From: an uncultured Verrucomicrobiae bacterium
GTDB taxonomy: Bacteria; Verrucomicrobiota; Verrucomicrobiia; Chthoniobacterales; JAFAMB01
Direction: 5' to 3'
Assembly (NCBI GenBank): GCA_963782115.1
Contig: CAWAIK010000005.1
Coordinates: forward strand, 1-64,000
DNA: 64,000 nt
In this document: piece by piece, positions 31,738-42,049 of the stretch
How positions within the stretch are numbered: position 1 is the stretch's first letter
How the letters are laid out: each line of letters opens with the position of its first letter
Notes under the pieces: model-generated
Database searches by the model: none
What the model was told of the DNA's origin: nothing
What the model saw: the letters and a program-made list of their open reading frames with translations, nothing else
Translations under genes and position numbers: made by a program

Positions 31738-31995
31738 TACACTACTGCCGAGCCAAGGCTTGTTCTATGCTTCGCAAGAACGATTCTTATTCACTCGCTC
31801 GAGCGAGTGAGGCGTCTCACAAACCATCTCTCTCCCGGAAGCACAAATGACCGAGCCATCCATTACCTGCGCGCACTGTTAGACAACGAGTTTTACGGCC
31901 TTTATAACTCTATCGGATCAAATTTAATCATCCTTGTCTACGATACAAATGCTTAATAATTGATGCTAATCTGTTAGCATTAGAGGACAAAAACT

Positions 31996-32217
31996 ATGAG
32001 CGGAAATATAATTCTAAATACCAATACTTATCTTCAGTTGGCTTTGATCGCCCCGGCCATCGCGCTGTTGGGGCTTACGGGCTGTTCTACCGCCGACGGA
32101 ACGGGCGGGCACAACTATACAGGCGGGTATGTACAGATTGCCCCACGCGCATATAACTCCGAGAGCCGGAGTTTCGACAGACCATGGCCCTTTGGCCCGG
32201 AATCCACTCAACAATAG
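31996..32217 (+). CDS. Small lipoprotein (73 aa), copy 2
   Basis: Lipobox LTG-C, RSFDRPWPFGPE; divergent from the sigma gene. Confidence 0.8.
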   Translation: MSGNIILNTNTYLQLALIAPAIALLGLTGCSTADGTGGHNYTGGYVQIAPRAYNSESRSFDRPWPFGPESTQQ

Positions 32218-32356
32218 CAGCAAAACGGACGAGCCGGGCCCGGTCAGAAATTCATCGGTACCTGAACGACAATAGTAGTACCGCAACCCGACGCGGTTCG
32301 AACTTTTAGTTGGCCGCCGATATTTTCGGCACGAGCCCACATGTTGGAAAAAATGA

Positions 32357-32452
32357 ACTCAAGCACTCAAGAACTCGAGAAGAATCAACAGTCTCGCGCC
32401 GACGTACCCATTGCAGCATTCTTAAGTACTTGAGTGCTTGAGTCCTTGAGTG
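32357..32452. repeat. Palindromic element made of 8-nt tandem units
   Basis: actcaagc-actcaaga-actcgaga ... cttgagtg-cttgagtc-cttgagtg. Confidence 0.65.
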
Positions 32453-32577
32453 CCCTAGTATTATGGGCTAGCCCTATCGAGGCATAGAGAAACCTCCTTT
32501 CGAAGCATAGAACTGCTCAAAGACCGATGTTATTTGTCGTCCGACCATCCGGCTGAATCTAATAAGGAGACCGCTTA

Positions 32578-32832
32578 ATGAAAGTTTACGACGTGGAATG
32601 TCGGGCAGTAATCACACTTGCAGCACAGGATATGCAACAAGCTGCATTGCGTGGCCCGGCGGTTATTAAAGATAATCCGCATCTGATTTATGTGAGAGCC
32701 GTTCGCGAGCGGCATTTTGAACCAGCTGGGGAAGATCCTAGAGTCGAGCATGTCTCCGCGAATCGAAACTTAGCGGGAAGCAGGAACGAAAGTAGTATAT
32801 GGATAAATTCAGAAGTGCAAAGGTTCTACTGA
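32578..32832 (+). CDS. Hypothetical protein (84 aa)
   Basis: RBS taaggag and conserved upstream motif; no recognisable domain. Confidence 0.5.
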   Translation: MKVYDVECRAVITLAAQDMQQAALRGPAVIKDNPHLIYVRAVRERHFEPAGEDPRVEHVSANRNLAGSRNESSIWINSEVQRFY

Positions 32833-33463
32833 GAGAGAGATGTCCGCGGATTTGCTCTCAAATTTTATACCGAGGACGGCAATTGGGATTTGGTGGCTAA
32901 CAACACGCCGGTCTTCTTTGTTCGGGATCCCTTAAAGTTTCCCGATTTTATCCATACCCAGAAGAGAGACCCAAAGACTAATATGCGTAGTAATGCCGCC
33001 GCCTGGGATTTCTGGAGCCTTTCACCCGAGTCGCTTCACCAGGTAACTATTTTGATGAGTGATCGTGGGTTGCCACGCAATTTCCGCCAGAAGAACGGAT
33101 ATGGCTCGCATACTTACAGCTTCATCAATGAGAACGGCGAAAGATACTGGGTGAAATTTCATTTCAAATCCATGCAGGGCCATGCCTTTTATACCGATCA
33201 AGAAGCAGCCGAGGTCGTCGGCAGTGATCGTGAATCAGCCCAGCGGGATCTTTTCGAAAACATTGAGGGTGGCGATTATCCTCGTTGGCGTTTCTGCGTC
33301 CAGATCATGCCTGAGACCGCAGGAGATTCAGCTGCGGCAGATCTGCCATTTCTTCCGTGCCGATCCGGCCTATGGAATCGGCGTCGCCCAGGCTCTCGGG
33401 ATTGATCTCGCTGAGTTTATGCCGAATGGGGTACAACTCGAAGCTGTAGCCGAAAAACAATAA
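32833..33463 (+). pseudogene. katA: Monofunctional heme catalase remnant (5' end lost, internal deletion)
   Basis: [29 protein letters not shown]...GSHTY...QIMPE joined near 33316 to C-terminal [20 protein letters not shown]. Confidence 0.85.
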
Positions 33464-33658
33464 AGGCGAATCGACACATCATGAAAGATCCTTGCTTGTC
33501 ACGTCGTCGTTGTCTGCAGTTATCCGCGGTAGAGGCTGCGATCAAAGCATTCGGTCAAAAGTTGGAGTGATCTGTCCCGGAGGAGTTAAGACCGAATTTG
33601 CGATCGGTCGGGGACGAACAACCTAATTTTCCGAACTTTCGAAGAAAGGTCTAAGGAG

Positions 33659-34705
33659 CTAACCAAGCCACTCCGGATTTTTGATGGTGCCATCAAAGTG
33701 GGTGCTGGTTTTGTATAACTCAAAGTGTCCCTTTGTGGCCGCAACTCTCGTGCGTGCGAGCAAGGCGGCAACCCGGCCCTCATCCAACCCTCGATACGTC
33801 CGAGCAGCCTGAAGAGCTTGATCTAAGATTTCAGGTCTGTCGATACCCGTGATTACGACCGATGTTGGCAAACTCATTGAGTAGTGCAGCGCCTCAATGG
33901 GTTCGACCGTGTTGCTATTTAGAATGAAATGATCTCCGAAGGGCTTCATCCCTTCGACGCCGATGCCTTCTTTTACCAGGATGGGCAAGACCTGACGCTG
34001 AAAACTGCGGAAGTGTGCATCCATGACGTTGAGCGGCATCTGGACTGCGTCAAAATGGAAGCCATTCTCTGAGGCCGTCTGTAACATCCTGAGGTGCACC
34101 ACCGGATCTTTGTGGCCCGTGAATCCGATATACCGTATTTTACCGGCTTTCCGGGCCTCCAACATTGCTTCTTGAGCACCTCCCTCAGCGAAAATCCGAT
34201 CCGGATCATCTAGTCGGATACATTCATGATGCTGCATTAGATCGATGTGATCGGTTTGCAACCTTTGCAACGATTCAGTGATTTGTCGACTAGCCTCCTC
34301 TTTGGTACGACCATCAAGTTTTGTCATCAGGAAAACCTTTTCCCGATAGCCGTCACGCAAGGCTTTTCCCATTCGAATTTCGCTTGTTCCGCCGTTGTAA
34401 TCCCAACAGTTATCCATGAAGGTGATACCGTTATCGATCGCACGGCGAATCAGGTCGATACTGTCGTTCTCATTCGCCTGTTTACCGATATGGTAGCCTC
34501 CCAATCCCACCAGCGAAACCCAGGCCCCGGTTCTATCTAGGCGCCGAAATATCATGTCGCCTCGTCGCTGTTCTTCGGGCTGGGCGAATGTTAAACTAGA
34601 TGTTTCTTGGGCGGCAGCACTGAGTTGGGCTGAGCTACCTGCGACGAGCCCAAGCGCAAGCGTACTGGATGTGGTCCTGATGAAGCTCCTGCGAGAGATA
34701 TCCAT
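33659..34705 (-). CDS. Aldo/keto reductase with Tat signal
   Basis: SRRSFI plus hydrophobic stretch; MDNCWDY, MTK, QHHE, IGFTGH. Confidence 0.9.
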   Translation of the reverse strand: MDISRRSFIRTTSSTLALGLVAGSSAQLSAAAQETSSLTFAQPEEQRRGDMIFRRLDRTGAWVSLVGLGGYHIGKQANENDSIDLIRRAIDNGITFMDNCWDYNGGTSEIRMGKALRDGYREKVFLMTKLDGRTKEEASRQITESLQRLQTDHIDLMQHHECIRLDDPDRIFAEGGAQEAMLEARKAGKIRYIGFTGHKDPVVHLRMLQTASENGFHFDAVQMPLNVMDAHFRSFQRQVLPILVKEGIGVEGMKPFGDHFILNSNTVEPIEALHYSMSLPTSVVITGIDRPEILDQALQAARTYRGLDEGRVAALLARTRVAATKGHFELYKTSTHFDGTIKNPEWLG

Positions 34706-35348
34706 ATCGTGTTGTCCTCACGTTTCTAAGTTGGCTGAGACCGCTACTTACCGGGTCCGCCAATGCAACATAAGATTGAACAGTGCCGTTCCGCAAATGC
34801 CGAATTGACATACGAACGACAATGAACAACAGCAAGGAGATCGCCGGGGCAATGGCGTTCGTTGTGAACCAAGCGGCGTCGTGGCCGTTTGCCGACGCCA
34901 TTTTCCGTCTAGAGGACTGCATCGATACGGACTCCAAAGATGAGACAAGAGCCATGGCTTCGGATTTTGCAGGTTGTGATATGGTACCCTAACTCGATCG
35001 AGTTAATAGGAACCGCTCTTTAGAGTCATAGACGTACTTCAGCTAGGCGCTACCGTGTAGCGGAAGTTGAGTATCTACCCGGAAACGAGGCTTTGGCGCG
35101 CGTCGGGAAATCGATTGACGCAAAATCACGAGCAGTGAGCTACGTAGCTCGATCAGGTCTTTCCCATGCGAGAAGTGGCACTTAATCAAGCGAAAAAGTG
35201 AAGGAAACTATCAACCAAATAAACAAGAAAACAAAAAGAAAGAACCAACTACATGTCATACCTCAATACCAGTAAGGGATACTCCACTAACATCGATCCT
35301 TCAATCCATCCCCAGTCACGACCCCAAAAATCAACCACGGAGACCCTT

Positions 35349-35999
35349 ATGAGCACGCAAATCGCACACCTTGAAACACCCCAAATACCCGATAGTAAAC
35401 TGGCCCGGGAAGTAACCGAACTGGTGCGGGACACCGAGTCCCCTCTCCTCTTCCATCACTCGACCCGCGTCTACCTCTTCGGCGCCCTCGCGGGCGTTCG
35501 CAACCGATTGAAGTTCGACCCCGAGCTTCTCTATGTTGGCGCCATGTTCCACGACATGGGCCTCACCGAGAAATACAGCAGCGCCACAGAGCGCTTCGAA
35601 GTCGACAGCGCCAACGCCGCGCGCGATTTTCTGCGGCGGCACGGGATCGCCGAGGCGTCGATCGACATCGTGTGGGACGCCATCGCCCTCCACACCACCC
35701 CTGGCATCCCCCAGCATAAGAAGCCCGAAGTCGCCCTGGTCACGGCGGGCGTCGAAATGGACGTGCTGGGTATCGGCTATGCGGAGTTCTCAGATGCGCA
35801 GCGCGAGCAGGTCATCGCAGCGCATCCGCGAGGAAGCCACTTCAAGGAAGGTATCATCCGTTGCTTCCACGAGGGATTCAAACACAAGCCGGAGACGACC
35901 TTTGGCACCGTGAACGACGACGTACTCGCTTCGTTCGATCCGACCTTCAAACGAATGGATTTCTGTAGCATCATCCGGAATTCCGCCTGGGCTGAGTAA
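35349..35999 (+). CDS. HD-domain metal-dependent hydrolase
   Basis: LFHHSTRVY, MFHDMG, RFEVDSA, AIALHT; upstream in-frame ATG at 35253 also possible. Confidence 0.88.
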   Translation: MSTQIAHLETPQIPDSKLAREVTELVRDTESPLLFHHSTRVYLFGALAGVRNRLKFDPELLYVGAMFHDMGLTEKYSSATERFEVDSANAARDFLRRHGIAEASIDIVWDAIALHTTPGIPQHKKPEVALVTAGVEMDVLGIGYAEFSDAQREQVIAAHPRGSHFKEGIIRCFHEGFKHKPETTFGTVNDDVLASFDPTFKRMDFCSIIRNSAWAE

Positions 36000-37573
36000 C
36001 GTAGCTAACCGCCCAACCGATTCACCGACGAATAAATTCAAGAATTCACCCCTCTCACCAACGGAAGAAGATGAGACCGTCGTTCCTGGAAGCGGCAAGG
36101 CGGGCAATTCAGTAGCAGCCGATTCCGGCCAGATAGAGTCCGCCCTTCCGGCGTGCAGCCTTATTCTAGTTTGGCCCGCTCGCTCTCCGGCTATAAGGCG
36201 CGGAGGAAGGCCACCAGGTCTTCCTTTTCCTGCGGTGTTAGATTTGTGCCGAGGATCAGGTTGAAGAACTCGACCGTGTCCTCCAGCGTCAGCAGACGCT
36301 CGTCGTGCAGGTAGGGCGGGTTGTCTTTGACGCCGCGCAGCGCAAAGGTTTTGATCGGCCCGTCCCCGATCGCCATCATGCGGTTGATCATCACCGGCTT
36401 GAAGAAGCGCTCGGTCTGGAGGTTGTGCATCAAGTTGTCGGTGTAGAAGGGCGGCTGGTGGCAACTCGCGCATTGGCCCTTGCCGATGAAGATCTCCTGG
36501 CCCCGCATCTCGGCGGCCGTTGCCTTGGTGGGATCGAGTTTGCCAAAGACGTCGAGCTTAGGTGCCGGCGGAAAGTCCAGCATCTCTTGAAAATCGGCCA
36601 TGAAGTCGACCTGGCTGCCGCGCTCAAGGGGATTAACGCCCTTCTTGGTGGCGATTACAATATCGCCGTCGAAATAAGCGGTGCGCTGCTCGAATTCGGT
36701 GAAATCCTCGATTGTCTTCAGGGCTCGCTGCGAGCCGAAGAGCCGCTGAATGTTCACGCCGCGCAGCGACACCGTCTTGATGCGGTGGCGGAACTTCTGC
36801 GGACGGGCGTCGGGGGCGAGGTGCGTCGCGCCGTTTTGGTGGCCATTCGAATGGCAATCAAAGCAAGCCGCGCCAAGACTGGGAATCTGCGAGCGGCGAT
36901 CCTCGGTCGCATTGAACTGCTGCTGCGGGAAGGGCGTCAACAATAGGCGCAGCCCTTCCAGTTGCCTGGGAGTCAGAAGGCCATTGAACAGCTCGTAAAA
37001 ATTGGTGAGCGAGACAAGCTTGCCCTGCGAGACATCGCCCAGATCGGGGCGCGAGGTCAGGTAGATGGCTGGAGGAAACGCGGCCAAGAAGTGATCCGGC
37101 AGATCGAAATCTACGTCGAACCGGGTCAGGTCTCGCCCGTCCTGGTTCTTGATCGCGTCGATCAAAAAGTGCGGAAAGACGAAGCCGCCCTCGGCATGGT
37201 TGGGATGCGGCAAGGGGTAGAACCCCTTCGGATAGAGATCGTGCTCGCGAATCTCGTCCGGGCTCATCGCCGCCAGCCTCTCCCAGGTCATTCCAGCGGG
37301 CAGCTTGACGCGGACGCCTTCTTGCAGCGGTTTTCCACGCTCCATCGTGACGCCAGGGGCGGGTCGGTTGCTCAGGTCGTAGCGCTCGTTGAGCAGATCG
37401 GTGTGCTCCTTCTCGATGCCCGGCTTGGCCGCCGTCATTCGTGACATGATCGATTCGAACGATTCTTTAATGTCCACTGGCATGTAGCTCGTCTGCCCGC
37501 GCTCCTGGGGATCCGCGTTCGGCTCGCCTGAGCGAAGCTTAGGAAGGGCTAAACCGAGAACCGCAATAATAAA

Positions 37574-39135
37574 GCTCCTTCGCTGTTTTCTGTGGATAGT
37601 TCGAATTAAGTCATAGTTGGGACAGCCAAATTGAGCTTACCGGCTCGGTGATAGGCGGCGGTTCTGAAGTAGACGAAGTTTCTAAACCCGCGCGCCATTC
37701 GTTTGGCTAGTTGGATGACGCCGTTTACGGCCTCGATGGCTGCGGAAGTCAGTCGGGTGTCGAAGTAGGCTAGGATCCCTTCCCAATGCTTGCGAACGGT
37801 CTTGGCTAAATCGCGGAAGGGGCTGAGGCGACTGCGCGCGGCCCAGCCACACCACCAGTGAAGTTCAGCTTCGGCCACCTGGCGGTCAGAGTTTGCGTAA
37901 ATGGCTTGGAGAGTCTCACGCAGACTCATCGCACGGCCAAGTTTGGTATACTGACGACAGAGATTTTTACGTTGCTCTTGACGATCCTCACTGAGGTTCC
38001 AAGTGTTGCCGCGCAAGCTCCACATCGCTCCTTTGAGATCGGCTCCCTCGCGCTGAAGCTCGTAGCGCACCTTATCAAATGCTGCGCCGGCCAGTACCAT
38101 GACGTGGAACTTGTCGAAGACGATCCTGGCACCAGGAAAATATTCCGTAGCTCCCTTCACATAGGCAGGGCTCATATCCATGGCAATCGCCTCGATCTGG
38201 GAGGGATCGCCACCGTGCTCGACCAGCGCCGTGGCAAAGGCCGCGAGGGCCTCTGCGCTGCGTCCCTCGACCATGAGGAGCAAACGTGAGTTCTCGGCAT
38301 CCAGCACATTGGTCACGTAGCGGTGCCCGCGCCGGGCACTGGTCTCATCGACGGCAATCCGTCGGACGGCCCTCCAGTCGCTCTTGGCGTGTGCTTGCTC
38401 CACATAGTGCATCAACACTCGCCACAGACGGGTATCGTGCTCATCGAGCAAATCGGCCATCGCATCGACGGGCATCTCCGCGCTGAGCAGCATCATGAGC
38501 GCTTCCATCATCAGGGTGAAACCGCTGCCTTCTCGGGCCCAGGGCACCTGCACCTGATGGACCCCGTCCTTGCGACACCAAGTGCGTGGCACTCTAGCCA
38601 CCAGTTCGCAGCGATATTGGAAAAAGTCCATATGCCGCCAGCGCCGTTCGATCGTGTCGTGAATTCCACACAAGTCTTTGCAGACCGGACACTCGAAATG
38701 TTCCCCGGGCACGTGCTCGAGTCGCAATTCCAAGCGTTTCGGTTCTCCCTCAAAGCGGCATTGGGCTACTCGCCATTGGCGACCCAATCCCAGTGCTGCG
38801 GTAAAAAGTTCCTCCGGTGTCATCCTTCTTATTGAGTCCACGGTCACTCAAAATGCAAATCCACCCCCTGTTTTGCTCCCCGAACAAAGTACCAACAGTT
38901 TTTGCGCTTGAGAGACCGTAGCGAGGAACGAGCTAAGGGCTATCGAACGCAAAAGGCAGTAACCTTCCCAGCGCGGAGCGAAGCCTGCTCAAGCGAGAAA
39001 CGGAATAAATGGAGGGGACCCACGAAGTGGGGAGGAGGCCGTTTATGCCGGATTCGACCTTGAACAGGCGTAGCGTAGCGCTATACGTGGCTAAACCTAC
39101 CCAATTAAGCTATCCACAGAAGACAGCGGAGTGCC
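37574..39135 (-). mobile_element. ISL3-family insertion sequence
   Basis: Imperfect TIR (cgctgt[t/c]ttctgtggatag); 8-bp TSD ataataaa at 37566..37573 and 39136..39143. Confidence 0.93.
37606..38847 (-). CDS. ISL3 transposase
   Basis: CPVC zinc finger, IAVDETS, AMDMSPAY, FDKFHV, EAVNGVIQ. Confidence 0.95.
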   Translation of the reverse strand: MTVDSIRRMTPEELFTAALGLGRQWRVAQCRFEGEPKRLELRLEHVPGEHFECPVCKDLCGIHDTIERRWRHMDFFQYRCELVARVPRTWCRKDGVHQVQVPWAREGSGFTLMMEALMMLLSAEMPVDAMADLLDEHDTRLWRVLMHYVEQAHAKSDWRAVRRIAVDETSARRGHRYVTNVLDAENSRLLLMVEGRSAEALAAFATALVEHGGDPSQIEAIAMDMSPAYVKGATEYFPGARIVFDKFHVMVLAGAAFDKVRYELQREGADLKGAMWSLRGNTWNLSEDRQEQRKNLCRQYTKLGRAMSLRETLQAIYANSDRQVAEAELHWWCGWAARSRLSPFRDLAKTVRKHWEGILAYFDTRLTSAAIEAVNGVIQLAKRMARGFRNFVYFRTAAYHRAGKLNLAVPTMT

Positions 39136-39248
39136 ATAATAAATAAAAGAAAAACGCAATGCATCCACCGCGAATTATTTTTCATAGAAACCTCAGATAA
39201 AGATTAACGCCTAAGTTCGCCTCGCACGATGCGAAGGGACCGGGTATC

Positions 39249-39263
39249 GCAAATGCAGTTCCA
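39249..39263 (-). promoter_or_regulatory. Candidate sigma-54 promoter for di-heme protein 3
   Basis: TGGAAC-TGCAT-TTGC (GG-N10-GC) 64 bp upstream of the reconstructed ATG. Confidence 0.55.
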
Positions 39264-39812
39264 GGATAACTCTCTTTAACTTATACTTTTAGCAGTCGAG
39301 ATATGTTTGGATCAGTATTGTCAAACCCATAACATTGCCGTTTAAGAACTATGCGGAATGCATGTCCCATGCGAACTATAGCGCAGACCGCAAAAAACAA
39401 CTTCTGGAGTCGGACTGACCTTCAGGCTGAATGTAATCGACCACACCTCTAACCAAGGAGATTGACTCCTGGTGAGAGAGAAGGCAAATGAACTGTCCTA
39501 GTATCCTAATCAAACCGGCGAACTCTTCAATACTTTTCTGAACAATCGTCGCGAACCAAAAACGAAGTCAGGGCGAGATACAAACGTGAGGACCGATTCG
39601 TGAAGGTTCTCGCTCTCCCGCGCTTCTGGGATCGAATACGGGGCCAGACACGTGAAGACGTGGCATATGCACTGGCGTCAATTCGAGCCGGCTTCGGGCC
39701 AGTACTCCGTTACCCTTGAGAGGTTGCGAACATAAGCCACGACAGTTGCATAACCACCACCGGTAGAGGTTTCCAAAAACGGCCCCAGGGGAGGAAACTT
39801 CACAGGCCGCGA

Positions 39813-40004
39813 TCATCCCACCCGGCCCCAAGCGGGTGTTGGTGTTAAGGGATACGCTGGTCCAGTCCGGATTCCGCCGGGGTTCCCGGCCGCAAAATAA
39901 TGGAAATGGCTGCCCCCTCGACCGCCGGCGAAAGCGCTATCTGAGACAATCGCCAGAAGTCCTATCGAGACCAGACCGGCAAGAAAACCATCGATCAATT
40001 TCAT
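39813..40004 (-). CDS. Small exported Gly-rich protein or 5' part of a decayed gene
   Basis: RBS aagga, signal peptide ending AFA, then GGRGGSHF..AAGNP reminiscent of 9619..10527. Confidence 0.45.
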   Translation of the reverse strand: MKLIDGFLAGLVSIGLLAIVSDSAFAGGRGGSHFHYFAAGNPGGIRTGPAYPLTPTPAWGRVG

Positions 40005-40092
40005 AAATTTCGTCTTCCTTTTGATTAAGACGCTCAGCCTTATTCCCCTCGGAAGCTAATTGTCCTTTTTCATTCCAGATATACCTGAAGCC

Positions 40093-41989
40093 TAACTAGA
40101 GTCCGTCCCGAAAATGCGCTTTCCCCGTGCAACACATGTTGCAAGATTTCGCATTGCAAGAATTTGCCACTTAGAACTTTATTTGTGAGTGTTATTAAAT
40201 ATTTTATTCGGAAAGAAGGCAAAATAGCGCCAGCCCGAGGGACACCTCTGGCACTGAGCATTGATTCTAACTTTTTTGCGATGTTTCTTAGGCCGCTTGC
40301 CTAAGCTTTTGCTCCTGGAGCCTTCGCTGCTCCCGCAATTTCTCGGCTAACACCCATAAATTGTGAGTGAGTATTCCCCAGGCCACTTGCAAGGCGCGGT
40401 TCTCAAAGCCCTCCGAACGCATCGGTCGTCCGAGAAATTCATTTTTAAATATCGCGATGCGCGCTTCAGTCTGTGCTCTGCGGCGCTGCGCTTGGGCAAA
40501 GTCTTCATCCTTCATGGCCTCGCGCAGAGCGCGCGGATCACGTGGGCAGAGCCTGGCAAATGTCCCACGCTCCTCAAGCCACTGGACGGTGATTTTGTTA
40601 TCAAAACCACGGTCGGTGACCAAACTCTTGATCGCCACTTTGAGGCCGCTTTCCACCCTCTCGACGCTCGGGCGCACTAACCGCGGATCGGCAGGTACTT
40701 TCTCTTTGAACAGTTCCCAATCGATAATCAACCCATCGATCTGTTCGCCCAGAACTAACAAGTTGCCAAACTCGACCTCCTCCCCGGCTTTGCCACGAAC
40801 GATGACGTGGATGTTGGGCTCAAAGAGGCTCAGCAGCTTTTCGTCATTGGCTACTTGCCGCTCTCCAATGATGCGTTCATGGGCCTGTTTAACAGCCAGT
40901 GGCAGAGCTTCGAGAATCGATTCCAGGCGCTTGAGAACCTGCTCGGCCTGCGGGCGGGTCCAGTCCGTCGCTTGCCAGTTCTCATCGAGCAGCTTGTGGT
41001 AACGCTGGGCATGGGCACGCACCACGGTCACGACCCTCTTCATCTCTCGCAACACCCGCTTGCGCTCTTTTTTGCCGTTCTTCTTGCGGCGGGTGTGAGT
41101 CATTTCCATCGACAAGCGGTTGATCTGGGTGATGAATACTTGTGGCTCGCACATCCGTGATTTGAGCCCGTGCGAGCGGATCAGTTCCACCGACTGCATC
41201 AGGCTCTTGACTCCGTCGCGCAAAAGCACCCAATCGACCGGAAAATGAATGTTAGCTTTCACACAGGTGGTGTCCAAAAACATCGTGCTCAGATCCAAGG
41301 GTTCCTCCAGATCAAGCGCCTGTTTGCCATCGGCCACCGCGGCTCCTGCTTTGCGCAGGAGGCCATTGATGACCTCCCGCATCTCTTCTTCAGGCAACCA
41401 GGTCGCATAGCGTTGGACGGTGCTTTTGGCTGGCACCTTGACCCGATCAAGCTGCGCGACCTTGCAGAACCATTGCAGCAGCGGACTATCAGCCAGTCGC
41501 GCCGCGAAATCACGGAAGCTTCCCACTAACAACGTGCGCGCAATCGAACATCGCAACGCTCGGATAGAATGTTCTTGAAAACGGACCTGTTGTTTTCCAC
41601 TGACCAGATCTTCCAACCGGATCACTCCGCTTTGACCTTCGCCCGAGAGCTCTATCTGTTCCACTTTGCTCTCGCTCAGTGTTTTGATCCAATGATTCAA
41701 GCTGCGCCTCACGAACTCCTTTTCTACGCCGCTTGTAGACAACAACTCATCCATGGTGGTGAGCTGTCCCCGTAAGGCAAGGTAATCGACATTGCCTTCG
41801 ATGGTCGGCAATACCGGACGAAAATGCTCTTCACAGGGGATAAACGTGATCGGGGGAGGCTCGCAATGCATGGGGAATCTTTATAAGACATTGCTTTCGC
41901 GAAAATCGAGAAAATTCGACCCGGAAACACAACTAATTGTGTCCAAATCTACATTCGAACACAATCTGTGGGACTAGTTGTAACTAGAG
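40093..41989 (-). mobile_element. IS5/ISNCY-like insertion sequence (ends approximate)
   Basis: Direct repeat taactagag at 40093..40101 and 41981..41989; weak TIR gtcccgaaaat/gtcccacagat. Confidence 0.55.
40288..41871 (-). CDS. DDE transposase (IS5/ISNCY-like)
   Basis: FLDTTCVKANIHFP, VRGKAGEEVEFG, VTDRGF, RRRAQTEARIA. Confidence 0.88.
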   Translation of the reverse strand: MHCEPPPITFIPCEEHFRPVLPTIEGNVDYLALRGQLTTMDELLSTSGVEKEFVRRSLNHWIKTLSESKVEQIELSGEGQSGVIRLEDLVSGKQQVRFQEHSIRALRCSIARTLLVGSFRDFAARLADSPLLQWFCKVAQLDRVKVPAKSTVQRYATWLPEEEMREVINGLLRKAGAAVADGKQALDLEEPLDLSTMFLDTTCVKANIHFPVDWVLLRDGVKSLMQSVELIRSHGLKSRMCEPQVFITQINRLSMEMTHTRRKKNGKKERKRVLREMKRVVTVVRAHAQRYHKLLDENWQATDWTRPQAEQVLKRLESILEALPLAVKQAHERIIGERQVANDEKLLSLFEPNIHVIVRGKAGEEVEFGNLLVLGEQIDGLIIDWELFKEKVPADPRLVRPSVERVESGLKVAIKSLVTDRGFDNKITVQWLEERGTFARLCPRDPRALREAMKDEDFAQAQRRRAQTEARIAIFKNEFLGRPMRSEGFENRALQVAWGILTHNLWVLAEKLREQRRLQEQKLRQAA

Positions 41990-42049
41990 CAATCCGAGCG
42001 TTGTTAGCCGGAGGAACGACGTGCTACGACTTTGATTTCTCTCGCCGGC

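Larger units (their letters stand above)
36191..39185 (-). pseudogene. Di-heme CcP/MauG-superfamily protein 3, interrupted by ISL3 in its signal peptide
   Basis: CFDCH and CASCH, PPYLHD; removing the IS and one TSD restores MKNNSRWMHCVFLLFIIAVLGLALP...SYMPVDI in frame. Confidence 0.88.

Noticed and set aside
33481..33570. 29-aa ORF with SRRRCL twin-arginine-like motif
   Set aside because: Too short to assign; probably another collapsed gene, not supportable as a feature
40150..40270. Sigma-54 promoters near 40155 and 40249 (also 60546)
   Set aside because: GG-GC spacing is not the required 10 nt
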